From: Penicillus capitatus
Lineage: Eukaryota > Plantae > Chlorophyta
Direction: 5' to 3'
Assembly (NCBI GenBank): GCA_965649825.1
Contig: OZ287706.1
Coordinates: 558,001-622,000, forward strand
Length of the DNA stretch: 64,000 nt
The translations under genes were made by a program, and so were the position numbers. The notes beneath the pieces are model-generated. The model was not told where the DNA came from, made no database searches, and saw nothing but the letters and a program-made list of their open reading frames with translations. Shown here piece by piece: positions 24,156 through 36,218 of this stretch. The first letter of the stretch is position 1; every line of letters begins with the position of its first letter.

Positions 24156-25043
24156 CGCAGAGCTCTGCGATGAGTTCTTGCGAGCTTTGCCGGCCGAGTG
24201 CCGCTTCATGGAATACGATGTGCTAAAAAAGAATATCAACGATTCGATAATGATGACCAAACCGTCAAATCTCGATCCGTGCATGCGGCTGTCGCATTCG
24301 GTCAGAGAGCTTCACTTTGTCTCTCTAATGAGCCACTTTCGCGCTTGTGTACGAACCTCTCATGCGATCAGTATGTCTCTTGCCTGTCTGCTAATTGTGT
24401 GCAGCTGTTTGTTTCATCGAGAGAGGGATGACGATGTCCTTCCAGTCCTAGTGACCAGTAAGAACTTGATCGTAAGACAGCTTGAGGAAGGAATCGGCGC
24501 ATCAATCATCGGAACTGCAAATACACGTCGTCGAAATCATCAATCGCGCCGTTTGATATGGTTGTTCGCGACGACAGATCGATCACGTCGCCAAACGGGA
24601 CAACTCACCGCGCTCATATGATGCGACGCGCTTATCTGCGATGCTGGATTGTATGTTGGCGATCAGTATACATCTATCGACACGAGATAATGCCGTAAAG
24701 AGACATTGCGCTTTTTTGAAGTGCAATACGATGATGGCAAAAGCACAGGCTCATTGTCGAATGGCACGAAGTTCAAGTGGCAGACCACACTTGTGAACGA
24801 CACCTTTTTCTCTTCCACTATCAGCCCGTTCTCACGACCACGAAGACGCAGACGGATAACGCCGTGCAGAGCACACACTCTCTTCAGCAAGTCGTTCAGA
24901 ACAAGAGACGAAAGTCTCTTCGTCTTCTCAGGCTGCACGGCAGTACCTGTGCCAGACAACACCGTTCCTCGGGGAAATCTCTTTGTTTCGTTCCGCCGCG
25001 CTTCTGATTTTTTTTTACTTCGGTCGTCTGCCCGACGTACCGA

Positions 25044-26427
25044 ATGAGTTCAATAGATTCTCATAACGATCCCCATCTCTGCAAACACTGCATCATGTAT
25101 TCGGAAGGTGCCGTTATCGACGGACGCTTTCGAGTCCTCCGCGTCCGTCTTTCGACAGTCGGGTACATCTGCGAGGTGTGGCTCTGTCGTCCGAGCAATC
25201 CATCCTCCACTCTGAGTCGACCTGTGTTAGTGCGAAAGGCTTTCGGACAAACTCCCGGTCACTGTGAAATGCCTTTCACTGGAGACCACCGCTTCTTCCA
25301 TCCGACAAGACATCTACGAGAAACAGAAACAAGTAAGCGTCTCAGCAGGTAGACCAACGCGCGCGCCTAGCTCTCTCGCTTTCAGGAAATGTGTAACCTT
25401 CTTCACTGTGGCACTCGACAGAACAATGAGTCCTTTGAGAGAGAAGTTGGAACGGAGAAGATCTATCACATTGTGCTCGTACGTTGCCTTGCTAGTCTCG
25501 GGTGCTTCCTGCAAGTGTATCACTCAGATTCATGCGCAGAGAACGCAATCCAGCGTTACTGCTGACTGGGAAGGAAGGTGAGGCGACTCGAGTGGTGTCG
25601 GCGGTGAACTCGAACGCTATCCTGTTCGTCCAGTGTTTCGAGAGCGGAAGAGAGGAAACAAGGACCAGGAAAATCATACGTCGTTAGACGTGGAGAGACC
25701 CATCTTGGAGCACATGTCCCTCCTGCGTCCTGCGGCGGTAAGACACTGTTACTTTGAGTTGTCCTCGCTGGCAGCTGAGATCAAGGGAAGTTCGTCTCCA
25801 TTGTTTGTAGGATGCCTGTATCTTCTTGTAGCTCTCATCTACTGCGCGATAGCTGTGCCCTTGACAGTTGGCGTCATCATCCGATTTCCATCTGAACGTA
25901 CGTTATGGAACATGCCTTCATCTTTGAAGCAACTCTTGGTATGTAGCAACGACTTGGATTGGTCCTATTATCATAAGCTCGCTCTTCGGCCTCGGATTGA
26001 TATCCAATTTCCCATATTTCTTCAGCCGTGAGCGGATCACGATCACCGCGACAGAGTTCGAAATTAGAAGAACTCTCGATTTCCAATACTGCATCTCCTC
26101 CCGAACAGAAGCCAGTGAAGAAGACAGCGCTAATGAACTGGAAGGGGTGATGCAGGGTTGTTTGACTCAACAAATATCTGGCAACACATCCGAACTAATG
26201 AGAGCACAGGTACGAATTCACTGTCTTCGAATGGGCGGTATTGTTGCGTTTACCGGCAGATAACCTTCTACGGTAGCGGCGACAGCGGTAGAGAACAACA
26301 TCTCGAATTGATCGGCAGCTTTGGAAAACGTCGTATTGCAAAGGCGATCTCTGCAGACGATGAAATGGCTTTCCTTGAAGGAGAGATCAATTCCTTCCTC
26401 CAAGACTTACGAGTCCTGGATTATTGA
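25044..26427 (+). CDS. Divergent kinase-like N-lobe fused to a hydrophobic/membrane C-terminal domain (possible pseudokinase or pseudogene)
   Basis: Spliced read IDGRFRVL...YICE|CERLSDKLPVTVKCLSL...|EMCNLLH...FERE...YHIVL resembles kinase subdomains I-V. No HRD or DFG motif was found. It is followed by the TM-like stretch LFVGCLYLLVALIYCAIAV. The exon structure is uncertain. Confidence 0.4.
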
Positions 26428-27060
26428 GGTCAAGGCCGATGCCTTGCATCAGACATTTCATTACACTGGCGAAGTGCCGCTAATGATTCTGCAACATCAC
26501 TTGTCTTTGACTCTCCTCCTGCGTTTCAACGATGGCACATGCCTGTTACACGCATACATGCCGCATTTTTAGTCATTAGTCAGGTACATGTCGCTGCACT
26601 ATCTCACGTCTCAATCAAGTAACATCATCGCCAATTTGCCATCTGTCTCGTCATTGACACCTTTCACTGTGTCGTGGCTGTTTCTCACTCAATGTCTCGC
26701 ACTTTGTTAGCGTTTTTGGTTATCTATTTGTACTAACTTACTCTTTATTGGAACGACGCAAGGAACGGATGTAAAGGGTTGTAAACATGCACTGAGCGCT
26801 CACTGACTAATACGCTGAAAGGTTGACGACTACTTACACCAAAAAAGCAACCCGTCGTAGCTGTGTTCGGTGCGTTCTTTTTTTGTCTGCTTGGCGATAT
26901 GCCTGCCGGTCCATCCTGTTCGCGTCAGTCACTCGTAGGTACTTTCCCCAGCCGATCTGAAACCATCTCAACAAAAATTCAGTTCTGGAGGACGGAATGT
27001 AACCGACTGTAGTCAAGGTGACGAATCCTCGCACAGCGTCGTTGATGCATCGGGCAAAAA

Positions 27061-27130
27061 ACCAAGACGCTGAACGTCGTCGACTCTGCTCTCGTGGCGT
27101 GCGTCATTGCATCGTTCCTGAGTCTGCCGC
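27061..27130 (+). repeat. 70-bp copy of a coding segment of the amino-acid permease gene (29878-29947)
   Basis: ACCAAGACGCTGAACGTCGTC...GAGTCTGC matches at 66 of 70 positions. Confidence 0.9.
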
Positions 27131-27959
27131 GGCGGTGTTCTCACTGCGATCATCCTCGCACGGAATCTATGCAAGACCCTGCGTTCAGCCATCGGATGGG
27201 CTGATCATCTATAGTCCCTCTTCTGCTGCTGCCGCTAACGGAGATCATTTGGATTGCTGGACCGTTCTTCTTGAGAGACAACCTAGATGCGGCATTCCTC
27301 CACGAAAGCCTCTCGTCACCCTCGACTGAATTACTGCTAATGCCTGTTTGAATGAACCTCACGCGAAACTTTACACCTCCTGGATGAAGATGACCGCAAA
27401 CTCTCCGCAGTTGCTTCTATAGAGATGACTAGCGCAGTATGTATCTACGGCGTTCTCTAAAATCGCCATGACCTGTTCCCGAAGATTTCGAGTGCGATAT
27501 CGGTCAGAGACTAGGGCCTGTGGAAAAACGAGTTAACTGCCAATGTTCTGTTCTTTAACAGCTGTTTTTTGGCATTCTCTCCTAAACCCATCGTTTGTGC
27601 ACCATTTCTCCGTAGAACCCACTGCACGAGACCGAAGTATTTCCAGAACTCGTTGGCCGACTGAATCAATTCAAGCGACAAAGGAGAACTTCCCGAAACG
27701 CACAGAGCACTTTGCATCAAACAAAGAGGGACCTGAATGTTCTGCTTGTCGACACGAAAAAGAGATCCGCGTTCGATCTGTCGGCGGCCAAGAGACAATT
27801 CACAGGCACCGCGTCCAAGTAGAAAGTTCTTTTTCGGCAAAGGTGCAAACGCCAAGTGTTTTCCAATCCGGACTCCGAGGAAGAGACGACAGCGAAGACG
27901 CGAAGCAAGAATGCTAGGAAGTCTATGCAAACGACTAGAGTGTGTACTAAGAACCCGCC

Positions 27960-28825
27960 TACCTGTAAAAACAGAACAGAGTTTGCTGTCGATTGAGAAC
28001 TACTTTTCGCGATAGGCGACGGCGGCGGACGCGACGAATACGAAAGCAAATCTTTACAGCTCCGTATTCAGCGGCGAAAAGAATCAAAGGGCGAGAGGAC
28101 AAAAGTTTTTGTCCGGGTGGTGACTCCATCGTCGGCCCCCGAACTGGCTCGACGTTGTCCTTTCCCCGCCGTAACCCATCCAACTCGGCGCGGGCTCGCC
28201 AGACACATCCGGGTCAACTCTGATGGGACTACCCTCCTCTGTGTCCGGCGCAGGAATCGAACCCCCGCGGTCGTACTTCTCGAACTGGCCAACTGCACCA
28301 TCCGCATACGGGTCGATCCCCACGGTCGAGAAGTTGCCGACCCCATCGTATGCCCACAGGTGACGACTTCGTTGACGACTCTGGTGCCACTTCGCCTCCT
28401 CCCGTGCATCCGTGACGACTACGTTGACGACTTTAACACACAACGCTTGTATCATGTGACGACTCTTGTCAACTTCTGCAAGACCTGTCCGTTTCTGCGT
28501 TTCTCCTAATTCACCACATCGCCTTTCACCTCTCAAGGCGTACTCTCACAGACGAAGACTTCTACTTCGACGATAGGGAGGAGATTACGAGAGTGAACTT
28601 GGACTTCGTCGAGCTATTTTGGCAGCATCTTTGCGACTCTCTCGGATACCGATTTTCCTGTGTGCTGTAAGTGGTGAATGCGTCCGCGGGATACCGAAGA
28701 GGAAACCAGTGGACAAAAAGTCGCGTTAAATGTCTTTAAAAGCAAGTGCAAACATCCGTGTCAATTTCTCTCGGACTAAAGAGTGAAACAGTGAAGGCGC
28801 TTTCCAATAAGCTACAGTAGCAGGC
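27960..28825. repeat. Dispersed repeat copy B (homologous to 51258-52125, inverted)
   Basis: Shares the core with all copies and a further ~470 bp of diverged upstream sequence with copy D only. Confidence 0.9.
28097..28355 (-). ncRNA. Candidate Pol III structured RNA, copy B
   Basis: A box 28300-28289 and B box 28263-28253. 257/259 identical to copy A. Confidence 0.55.
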
Positions 28826-29206
28826 TGCGTTAGACCGAAACAACGTTTGCTTTCTTGCCATCTGCGCCGTCCTCCAACCGAGACCACCAAAGGGAATGCA
28901 AACTTGATTGAAAGAAGGAGGGCAGTCGTCGGATTTCGAGCTTAGCTACAAGATGGATCTATCTTGTAGAAGGTGGATATCGACCTAAAGGGACGGGGTC
29001 CCATCATGACTTTTTAATGGCGACACATGTCCAAACAATGTGGATCTTTACGTTTTACAAAACCCTGTCGATATTCTCTTTGTAAGACTTTTCAATATTC
29101 GAATCGCGACCAGAACAACATATCTCTCCGGGGAACTGTCAAATGGGCAACCAGAGTGGCGACTCTCCGCGACTACTAAGGTTTGGTTCATTGCTGAAGG
29201 TTGATC

Positions 29207-30636
29207 ATGATCCGCGCATCGAAGCCGCACGGTCGACTACTGGACAGCGCGTTTCGAACAGCGGGTTCGAAGCGTCGTGCGAATCTGCGACGCGACTCCA
29301 CTAGGCGACGGGTTCAGAAATCAGAGAACGACGTCGCCGTTTCGAAGGAGATCCAGTCGACGACCGGCCGAACGCAGCGTCTGTGGTCCAACCTCGACCC
29401 GGAGACGCTCAAACACGAGCCTGGAAACGTCTTCGGCGCCGCCGCCCTCGTGGCAGGCACAACGATCGGCGCCGGCATCCTTGCCCTCCCCGCCGTCACC
29501 CAGGTCTCCCGACAGCCTTCTGCCTTTCGAACGAGAGCAGTGCTTCTCAGGAGTCCGGCTTCGTCGCGTCGAGCGTCGCCATCTGCGGCGTCTGCGCTTT
29601 CTCGGTGGTCACGGGGCTCCTCATCGCCGAGGTCAACATAAACACGATGTGCGAGCTCGGCTCCGGAGGCGTCTCGCTGACGTCCATGGCTGAAAGGACT
29701 CTGGGTCCTCTGGGCACGCGGGTCTCGAGCGCGGCCTACGTCTTCCTTCACTACGCCCTCCTCGTCGCCTACATATCCCGAGGCGGTAGCATCCTGAGCG
29801 AGTGGCTCGACGTGCCTCCGTGGACAGGTGGCATCATCTTTGCCTTGCCGCTCGGCGGCCTGTGCTACGCGTCCAGCACCAAGACGCTGAACGTCGTCAA
29901 CTCTGCTCTCGTGGCGTGCGTCATCGGATCGTTCCTGAGTCTGCTGCTGGTCGGCAGCGGAGGCATCCAGCTCGACAACCTCGCCAAGGCAGACTGGTCG
30001 GCTGTTCCCGCAAGCCTCTCCATCCTGTCCCTGGCCTTCGTCTACCACAACATCGTCCCAGTAGTGGCGTCGGACCTGGAAGGCGACATCCAGAAGGTGC
30101 GCACGGCCGTCGTCTTGGGCACAGTAGTGCCGCTGATCATGTTTCTGTCGTGGGACGCCACGATACTCGGATCCGCCTCGTCTGGTAGCGCTGCAGATCC
30201 TCTGGGAGCCCTACAGTCGAGCAACCCGCTCTTCTCGCCGCTGGTGCAGAGCTTCTCTCTGTTTGCACTGGCCACCTCATACATCGGATTCGTTCTGGGC
30301 CTCGCGGACTTCATCTCCGACGCCGTGAAGTTGCCCTCCGGTCGACAGCCCGTTCCGTACCTTGTCGCATTGCTGCCGCCTCTGGGACTGGCGTTCACCT
30401 ACTCCGATGTGTTCTTTAAAGCCCTGGACTACGCCGGGACATACGGAGTGCTCGTCCTGTTCGGCGTGGTTCCAGCTCTGATGGCTTGGAGCGAGCGATA
30501 CGGCGGAACGACGGTCACGTCGACGCAGATCGTTCCAGGAGGTCGCCTGGCGCTCATCTTCATCGGAGGAACGGCGGCTGCCGTCATTGCCAATGAGTTT
30601 GCCGAGCTGATTAGCAGCATCGGGCACTCCAGCTGA
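29207..30636 (+). CDS. Aromatic amino acid (Trp/Tyr) permease, TyrP/Mtr family, probably plastid-targeted
   Basis: GNVFGAAALVAGTTIGAGILALP, LSLAFVYHNIVP and FALATSYIGF motifs are present. One intron, 29504-29550. The N-terminal extension is Arg/Ser-rich. Confidence 0.9.
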
Positions 30637-31084
30637 CGGCGGCCAGCTTCAGCAACGACGTCGCGGACGCTGTCTTGATACTGTCTCAGATATTTTTCGT
30701 CGAAAAGACTTCTTTGTTCGTCTGTAGAATTCGCGCAATCGATCCTCCACGTGCGGCGGCTCCGCGTTTGTTTCCCCTAGTCCCGAAGAATCAACACTCG
30801 TCAGTCGACAGACTAGGCGACGGCAGCTCCGACGTCCTCTCTCCAGCAGCGGTCTTCGAACTAGGTGGCACAGCCTCCGACATGTCTCCGACGTCGACGT
30901 TTAGAGAGGGGCGACGGCCGGTCGCGCGTCTAGACAGACGTTCGCTTGCCTGCTTTTTTATGCGATCAGAAGTCGTCAGCGAGCGACACGTTAGAAGTCG
31001 TTGACGAGCCGACAGCGACAGCCCCGAAGGTTGCAAGGAGGATATTCACCTTCAAACGTCTTCGCTTTTATAGCAGCCACCACG

Positions 31085-32177
31085 ATGACAGATGAGGAAG
31101 ACGCGGAACAGACATCCCTCAAACGACTCTACCGTTCCATGCAGCGCTTTGAGGTCATAGTCTCAGCGAGGGATCCTCTCTTGACGCTCCGCGATCTAGA
31201 ACAAAATCGGAGGAGGCGAAGGCTACGAAGGCGTCTACGGTACCATCACGCTGCAAGGAATGGCGGCGGTTGTTGCCTCTATGCGACGCCACTGCTCCTT
31301 CGCAGCTGACAGTCGTTTCGTGGACGTGGGAGCCGGTCTGGGACGTCCTCTGATGCACGCCCTCGTCAGTCCGGGAGTGACATCCCTGTGGGGCATCGAG
31401 GTGGACAGCGTCAAGGTGCAGAAAGCGCTGGCCTTTATGGGCCACATCCGCCAGAAACTCGTCGCCGATCAGATCATTGACTCCGAGAAAGTAGCGACGC
31501 CCAAGTTCACGCACTCTCCCGTCGAAGAGGTCGCGCCGCGCAGTCGGACACACAGCTTGATGTGAGACTGTACAGATAGCGTCGCTGGATCCTTACACGC
31601 ACGTCTACTCGTTCTGGGAAGGCGTTCCCGAGGAGGGCAAGTGCGCGCTGGGGCGGCTGTTCACCGAATCCGAAACGATGATGGCAACAGATCCCATTCA
31701 TCTCATGGCAGCAGAGATCGAGCGATGCTGTAGGGACTGGCCGTCGTGCAGCGGGCGTTTCGGAAGTGCCCGGTGGCGGAGATGGCGAAGCGAGGGTTCT
31801 ACGGAATCGAGCTGAAGCAGTCTATGCGCGTTCGCATGTCAGGTGCGCACCACCGAACAGCTGCCGCCCCGTCAATGCAGCCGTGTCTGCTCTGCACAGG
31901 AAGCGGTCAGGTGTTCCATGCCTACGTCTTCAGGAAGCTCCCTCCTCCTTCGCAGCGGGCAACGGTCGGGGCGATCGCCACGCCAAAGAAGAACTCCAAG
32001 CGCCATCGCAGCACGATCCCTTGCATCGACGCAGACGATGGATGCAGTGGCACGGCAGGCACAGAAGCGATTCCAGCCGAAGAGCTGTCAGTCGTGCGAC
32101 GGTCCCTCTGCACACTGGAGCTCACGGGGCCTCCGCTGCGCCACACCGTATCCAATCCGATTGGCTCATCTCCGTGA
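31085..32177 (+). CDS. DOT1-like class I SAM-dependent methyltransferase
   Basis: Spliced read GGGEGYEGVYGTIT...FVDVGAGLGRPLMHA...LWGIEVD...YTHVYSFW gives motif I and post-I. First intron is 31154-31199; at least three more short introns follow. Confidence 0.7.
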
Positions 32178-32269
32178 TGCAATGACAAGAGTCTTGTAGC
32201 AAGAACATTTAAAGAATAACCATCCTTCTTCGAACAGCAGCGTACACTAGCGAAATCGGCCCTCAGAGA

Positions 32270-34013
32270 TCACTCTCGTGTCTGCTTAAATTCCTTCGCG
32301 AGGCGGTCGACGCGGGCGATGTACGCGTCGATGTCGAACTTCCTCTTACATCCGCCGTGAGTCATCGGACGGATCTTGCCAGTCACCAGACGCTCACGAA
32401 ATGCCTAAGCATCAATGGACGTCACATGAGAATGGAGGATGCGGGGAGCACTCGATCGTGAATGCCGGCGATGGACCACTGACACCCGGCGTATCCGTTG
32501 GGATCCGTCCCGTCAAGCGAATACTTGTCGTTTAAGTAGATCGACGTGTCCAGGGCTTCCTCGGCTGTGGCACTCCACTCCAAGATCTTCTTTGCCCAGT
32601 ACATCCGCATGTAGCCATGAAGCTTTCCCGCATACAGCAGCTCCCTCTGACAGGCATTCCACAGATCCTCGTGCGTCTTCGCCTTCTCGAACTCCTCCCT
32701 TATCTCAGGTCTGACCGCAGAAGCCGAAATACCGGCGTCGTACCTCGTGTATATGTGCTCTCGCTTGTCCTCAAGGTGCTCTTGCAGCGTCTGTCTGGCC
32801 CAGGAGGCCGCAGCGTCGAGGGAATCGTAACGAGGCTCGTAGTGACAGAGGTTGTCTGAGAGTTCCCTTCTCACGATGAGCTCCTCCAGAAACTGATCAA
32901 CACTTTCTCTACAGCTCTTGCGTCCGATTCGGTTTGATCGAGACAGAACAATCAGACTTGAGCTGTTGGCGCTGCTTCCGTGCTTCGAATGCTGCTCGCT
33001 GTGGCGACAAGAATCCGAAGTGGAAGTAAGGGGACAGTCCTGACTGTGCGTCTGGAATCGCAGGGTCATTGCGTTTCTCGGCATAGGAGGACAGTCTTTT
33101 CTTCTGTAGGAAGGCGGCCAGGGCGTCCCTCCCTGCATCCTCCCCCGCATCTACCCATGACACCTCTGGGACCTCCGCCCCACGCTGCCGCGCTTCCTCC
33201 TGTAGGGCCTCCCAGTCGATCAGATCTGCAGTGCAGCTCTCAGGCCAGGCGTTTGCGGGAAGAGGCTTCATCGGAGGGAAGTTGGTCAGAAACTGGTCCA
33301 GTCTTGAGTGGATCTTTGGGCGGATCGTATAGGCGGCGTGTTCGCGCTTGGAGCTTGCCACCCAAACGGGAACCACATTGTGAGCATCTACCTCTTCCAA
33401 GGCACAGTCGATGTTGTCCATGACCTGGAGGGGCCCTCACTCCGACATAGGAGAAGAATCTCTGCTTACATCGTGTTTCCATTTCTGTGCTTCGCGCAGG
33501 GGAGAATAGTCCATGGCGATGAGACGGGCCTCGCAACGACGGGCCAAGTCTGGCAGCGTCTGTCCTGGATCTCCTCTCAGCAGAAAGAACGGAATGCTCT
33601 TCTCCTTCAACTTCTCCTCTACCGACTGCAGCCCCCGCAGCATGAAGCACGCCTGTCGGGCGCCTCGGTCCAGAAATTCGTCGACCTATGGAAACGGGAT
33701 GAGCCACCAGCTTAAGAGATACCAAATGGGGACCAGCGTGAAGACGGTGGCGAGAGGCGAGTCGGTGCGCTGCGCCTCGTCCACAGCGTGCAGCAGGGCC
33801 CAGTTGTCAGCAACGCGTATGTCTCTCGACATCCTACTCCAGCAACTGTCCAGTGTCGGGAAGTGATGGCGACACAAACCAATAGAGAACGGGTTTGTTG
33901 GTCTTGACCGACGGTCCCTTCCATCGGATGAGGCGATCGGGATCCACCGTGAGGTCCGTTCTCAAAGACTTGACGGAGGTCTTCGTTGCGGAGGCGGCAC
34001 TACGTTTTGACAT
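32270..34013 (-). CDS. PHR: Class II CPD photolyase
   Basis: PVLYW|[63 protein letters not shown] and [21 protein letters not shown]. Several short introns. The start could extend ~40 nt further upstream. Confidence 0.95.
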
Positions 34014-34087
34014 TCCTTCCACTGCCTGCACGAACATACGGGATCGCATTTCGCACATTCCAGACTCGAACTCCGGAATCTCAGCCG

Positions 34088-34450
34088 ATGACTCCATTCC
34101 AACAGACGATTACGTTCTTCACGCGCTCTGCGGTATCGCGCCAAGCCACACTCCAGCTGCAGGTGCGTCGGTCAACCAGAAGTACATTCGACACAGTCGC
34201 GTCAACGCAGGGTCTCGTGCGGGCGTTTGCGACACAGTTGCCACCCAAGCGCCGTCCCATGATTTGCTTTCCAGTCCGTTCTTCGTCGAACGTCAAGGTC
34301 AAGGCGTCGACAGAAGAAGGACTCGCCTCGGCGAAGGAATCTATCCAAGAAGCGTCCCGCGTCGTCAGCCAGCGATTCTCGGCGATGCCTCGGGGCGAGA
34401 TGTCCGAAACCGAGATGGAAAGGATCATGTTAGGCGGAGCCGAACCCTGA
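34088..34450 (+). CDS. Small protein with organellar transit-peptide-like N-terminus, head-to-head with the photolyase
   Basis: ATG 34088. The N-terminus is Ser/Thr/Arg-rich and nearly free of acidic residues; the C-terminus is EMSETEMERIMLGGAEP. Confidence 0.45.
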   Translation: MTPFQQTITFFTRSAVSRQATLQLQVRRSTRSTFDTVASTQGLVRAFATQLPPKRRPMICFPVRSSSNVKVKASTEEGLASAKESIQEASRVVSQRFSAMPRGEMSETEMERIMLGGAEP

Positions 34451-35360
34451 ACTTGTACATGCACAAACAGACGCTCTCGAAGTTCGCCGAATTCCCTTGT
34501 CGACCGGGAGCGACATCGCGTTCCGTCTCTCGTTCTCGACATTCTCCTTTCCGTATAAAAGCAGCGAAGCAGAAATCTCCGCTTCGGCGGGAGGTGAATT
34601 CGATAAGCGATTGAGCGTCGGAGACGGACAGACGAGACGAGACGAGTCAGAAAGAAGGATCTGTCAAAAGGGCAACCAATTAGCTCTTCTCCATTTGCTC
34701 CGGCGACAGAATTGGGAGTTGGACAGCGCAGGAATGGAGTCGTGGAAATGCTTCTTGCACCGAGGGTGAACCGAGAGGGTGATGTATCCTGTCTTCTCAC
34801 TCTTCTCGCTGAATGAAACATGGAACATCTGAGAGGCAGCCAAAATGACAAGCATAAGCAACCGCAGAGACAAGACCCGAGATCAACCTTAGTCACTCGC
34901 CCAGAAAAGATGTGTACATCCAGCAGATGCCATGCCCTATCGGCGGCGACTTTGATATCTTCTCCTGCAACATCTCACTCAGTCTCGATCTACAGCTGAC
35001 ACGCTGAAAGCATCGATCTGTTATCAATGCCTGGGCAGCTTACAGGCGAATCTCTCCACAAGTAGAAATACCACGTCTAAACTGAGAAGAAGAGTGTTTT
35101 CGATAGATTTAACATATCTATGTTGGAATACATAGCAAACAGCTGAACTTGTGGTAGCCGTTGCTTCTGGCGGCGCTCTGCCCGAATGTTCCTCTCCTTC
35201 ACTTCACCGTCTTTTCAGAACCCATTCCGAAAGTCTGCGAACATCGTGACGGACTCGCTACATACCCTTCTCGCGAAGATGACGTAATGTTCTCGTGTCG
35301 AATGCGTAAAGATTGGCGGCACGTTTTAAAGACTGCTTTCGCCGTCCAGATACAGAGAAC

Positions 35361-36218
35361 ATGGCTCCGATTACGCTTTACACCGCAGGCACGCCCAACG
35401 GCCTGAAAGCATCCGTCACTCTCGAAGAACTCGGGATCGAATACGATATGTACAATATCAAAATGAGCGAGAACGAGCAGAAGCAAGACTGGTTTCTCAA
35501 AATCAACCCCAACGGCCGCATCCCTGCCATCGGTACGAGCCGACGCGCATCCACTTCTCTCCGAAGCAGGTTGCCACAGTGGACCACAGCAATGGAGACC
35601 TGGCTGTCTTCGAGAGCGGTGCCATCATGATATACTTGGCAGAACGCTATGGGGATGGATCTCTGTTGCCCAAGGAAGGGAACACGCGCTACGAAGTGAT
35701 CCAGTGGCTGATGTTTCAGATGGGAGGACTGGGTCCCATGATGGGACAGGCAAATCATTTCATACAGTATGCGCCTGAAACGGTGCCATACGGACAGAAG
35801 CGCTATTACAATGAGAGCAAACGTCTCCTGGGAGTCTTGGAAAGCCGTTTAAAAGATCACGAGTACTTGGCAGGGGACCAATTCACTCTAGCAGATATCG
35901 CCAATTTCTGCTGGGTGCTCTATGCCTATCACGCCGCCATCGATGTCGATGAGTTTCCCTCTGTCAAAGTGCGCCCTGTGGAGATCGTCGCGTTTTTGGT
36001 CATCTGTCCATGTGCAGGGATGGATGAAACGTATCTTTGCAAGAGAGGCGACGCAGAAAGGGACGAATGTTCCCGAGGGTGCTTTCAAGAAGGTAACGAC
36101 TGTTGTCTTTCTGTGTAGTATTCGAAGAAGACAATGTCATGAACAGGAAATGGTGGAAGATGACGCTGCCCGCAAAGCTAAAGCCGATGAGAATCGCGGC
36201 AAAATAGTTGGACAGTGA
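35361..36218 (+). CDS. Glutathione S-transferase, Ure2p/YfcG (Nu)-like
   Basis: [44 protein letters not shown] and FTLADIA motifs. Three short introns. Confidence 0.95.
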
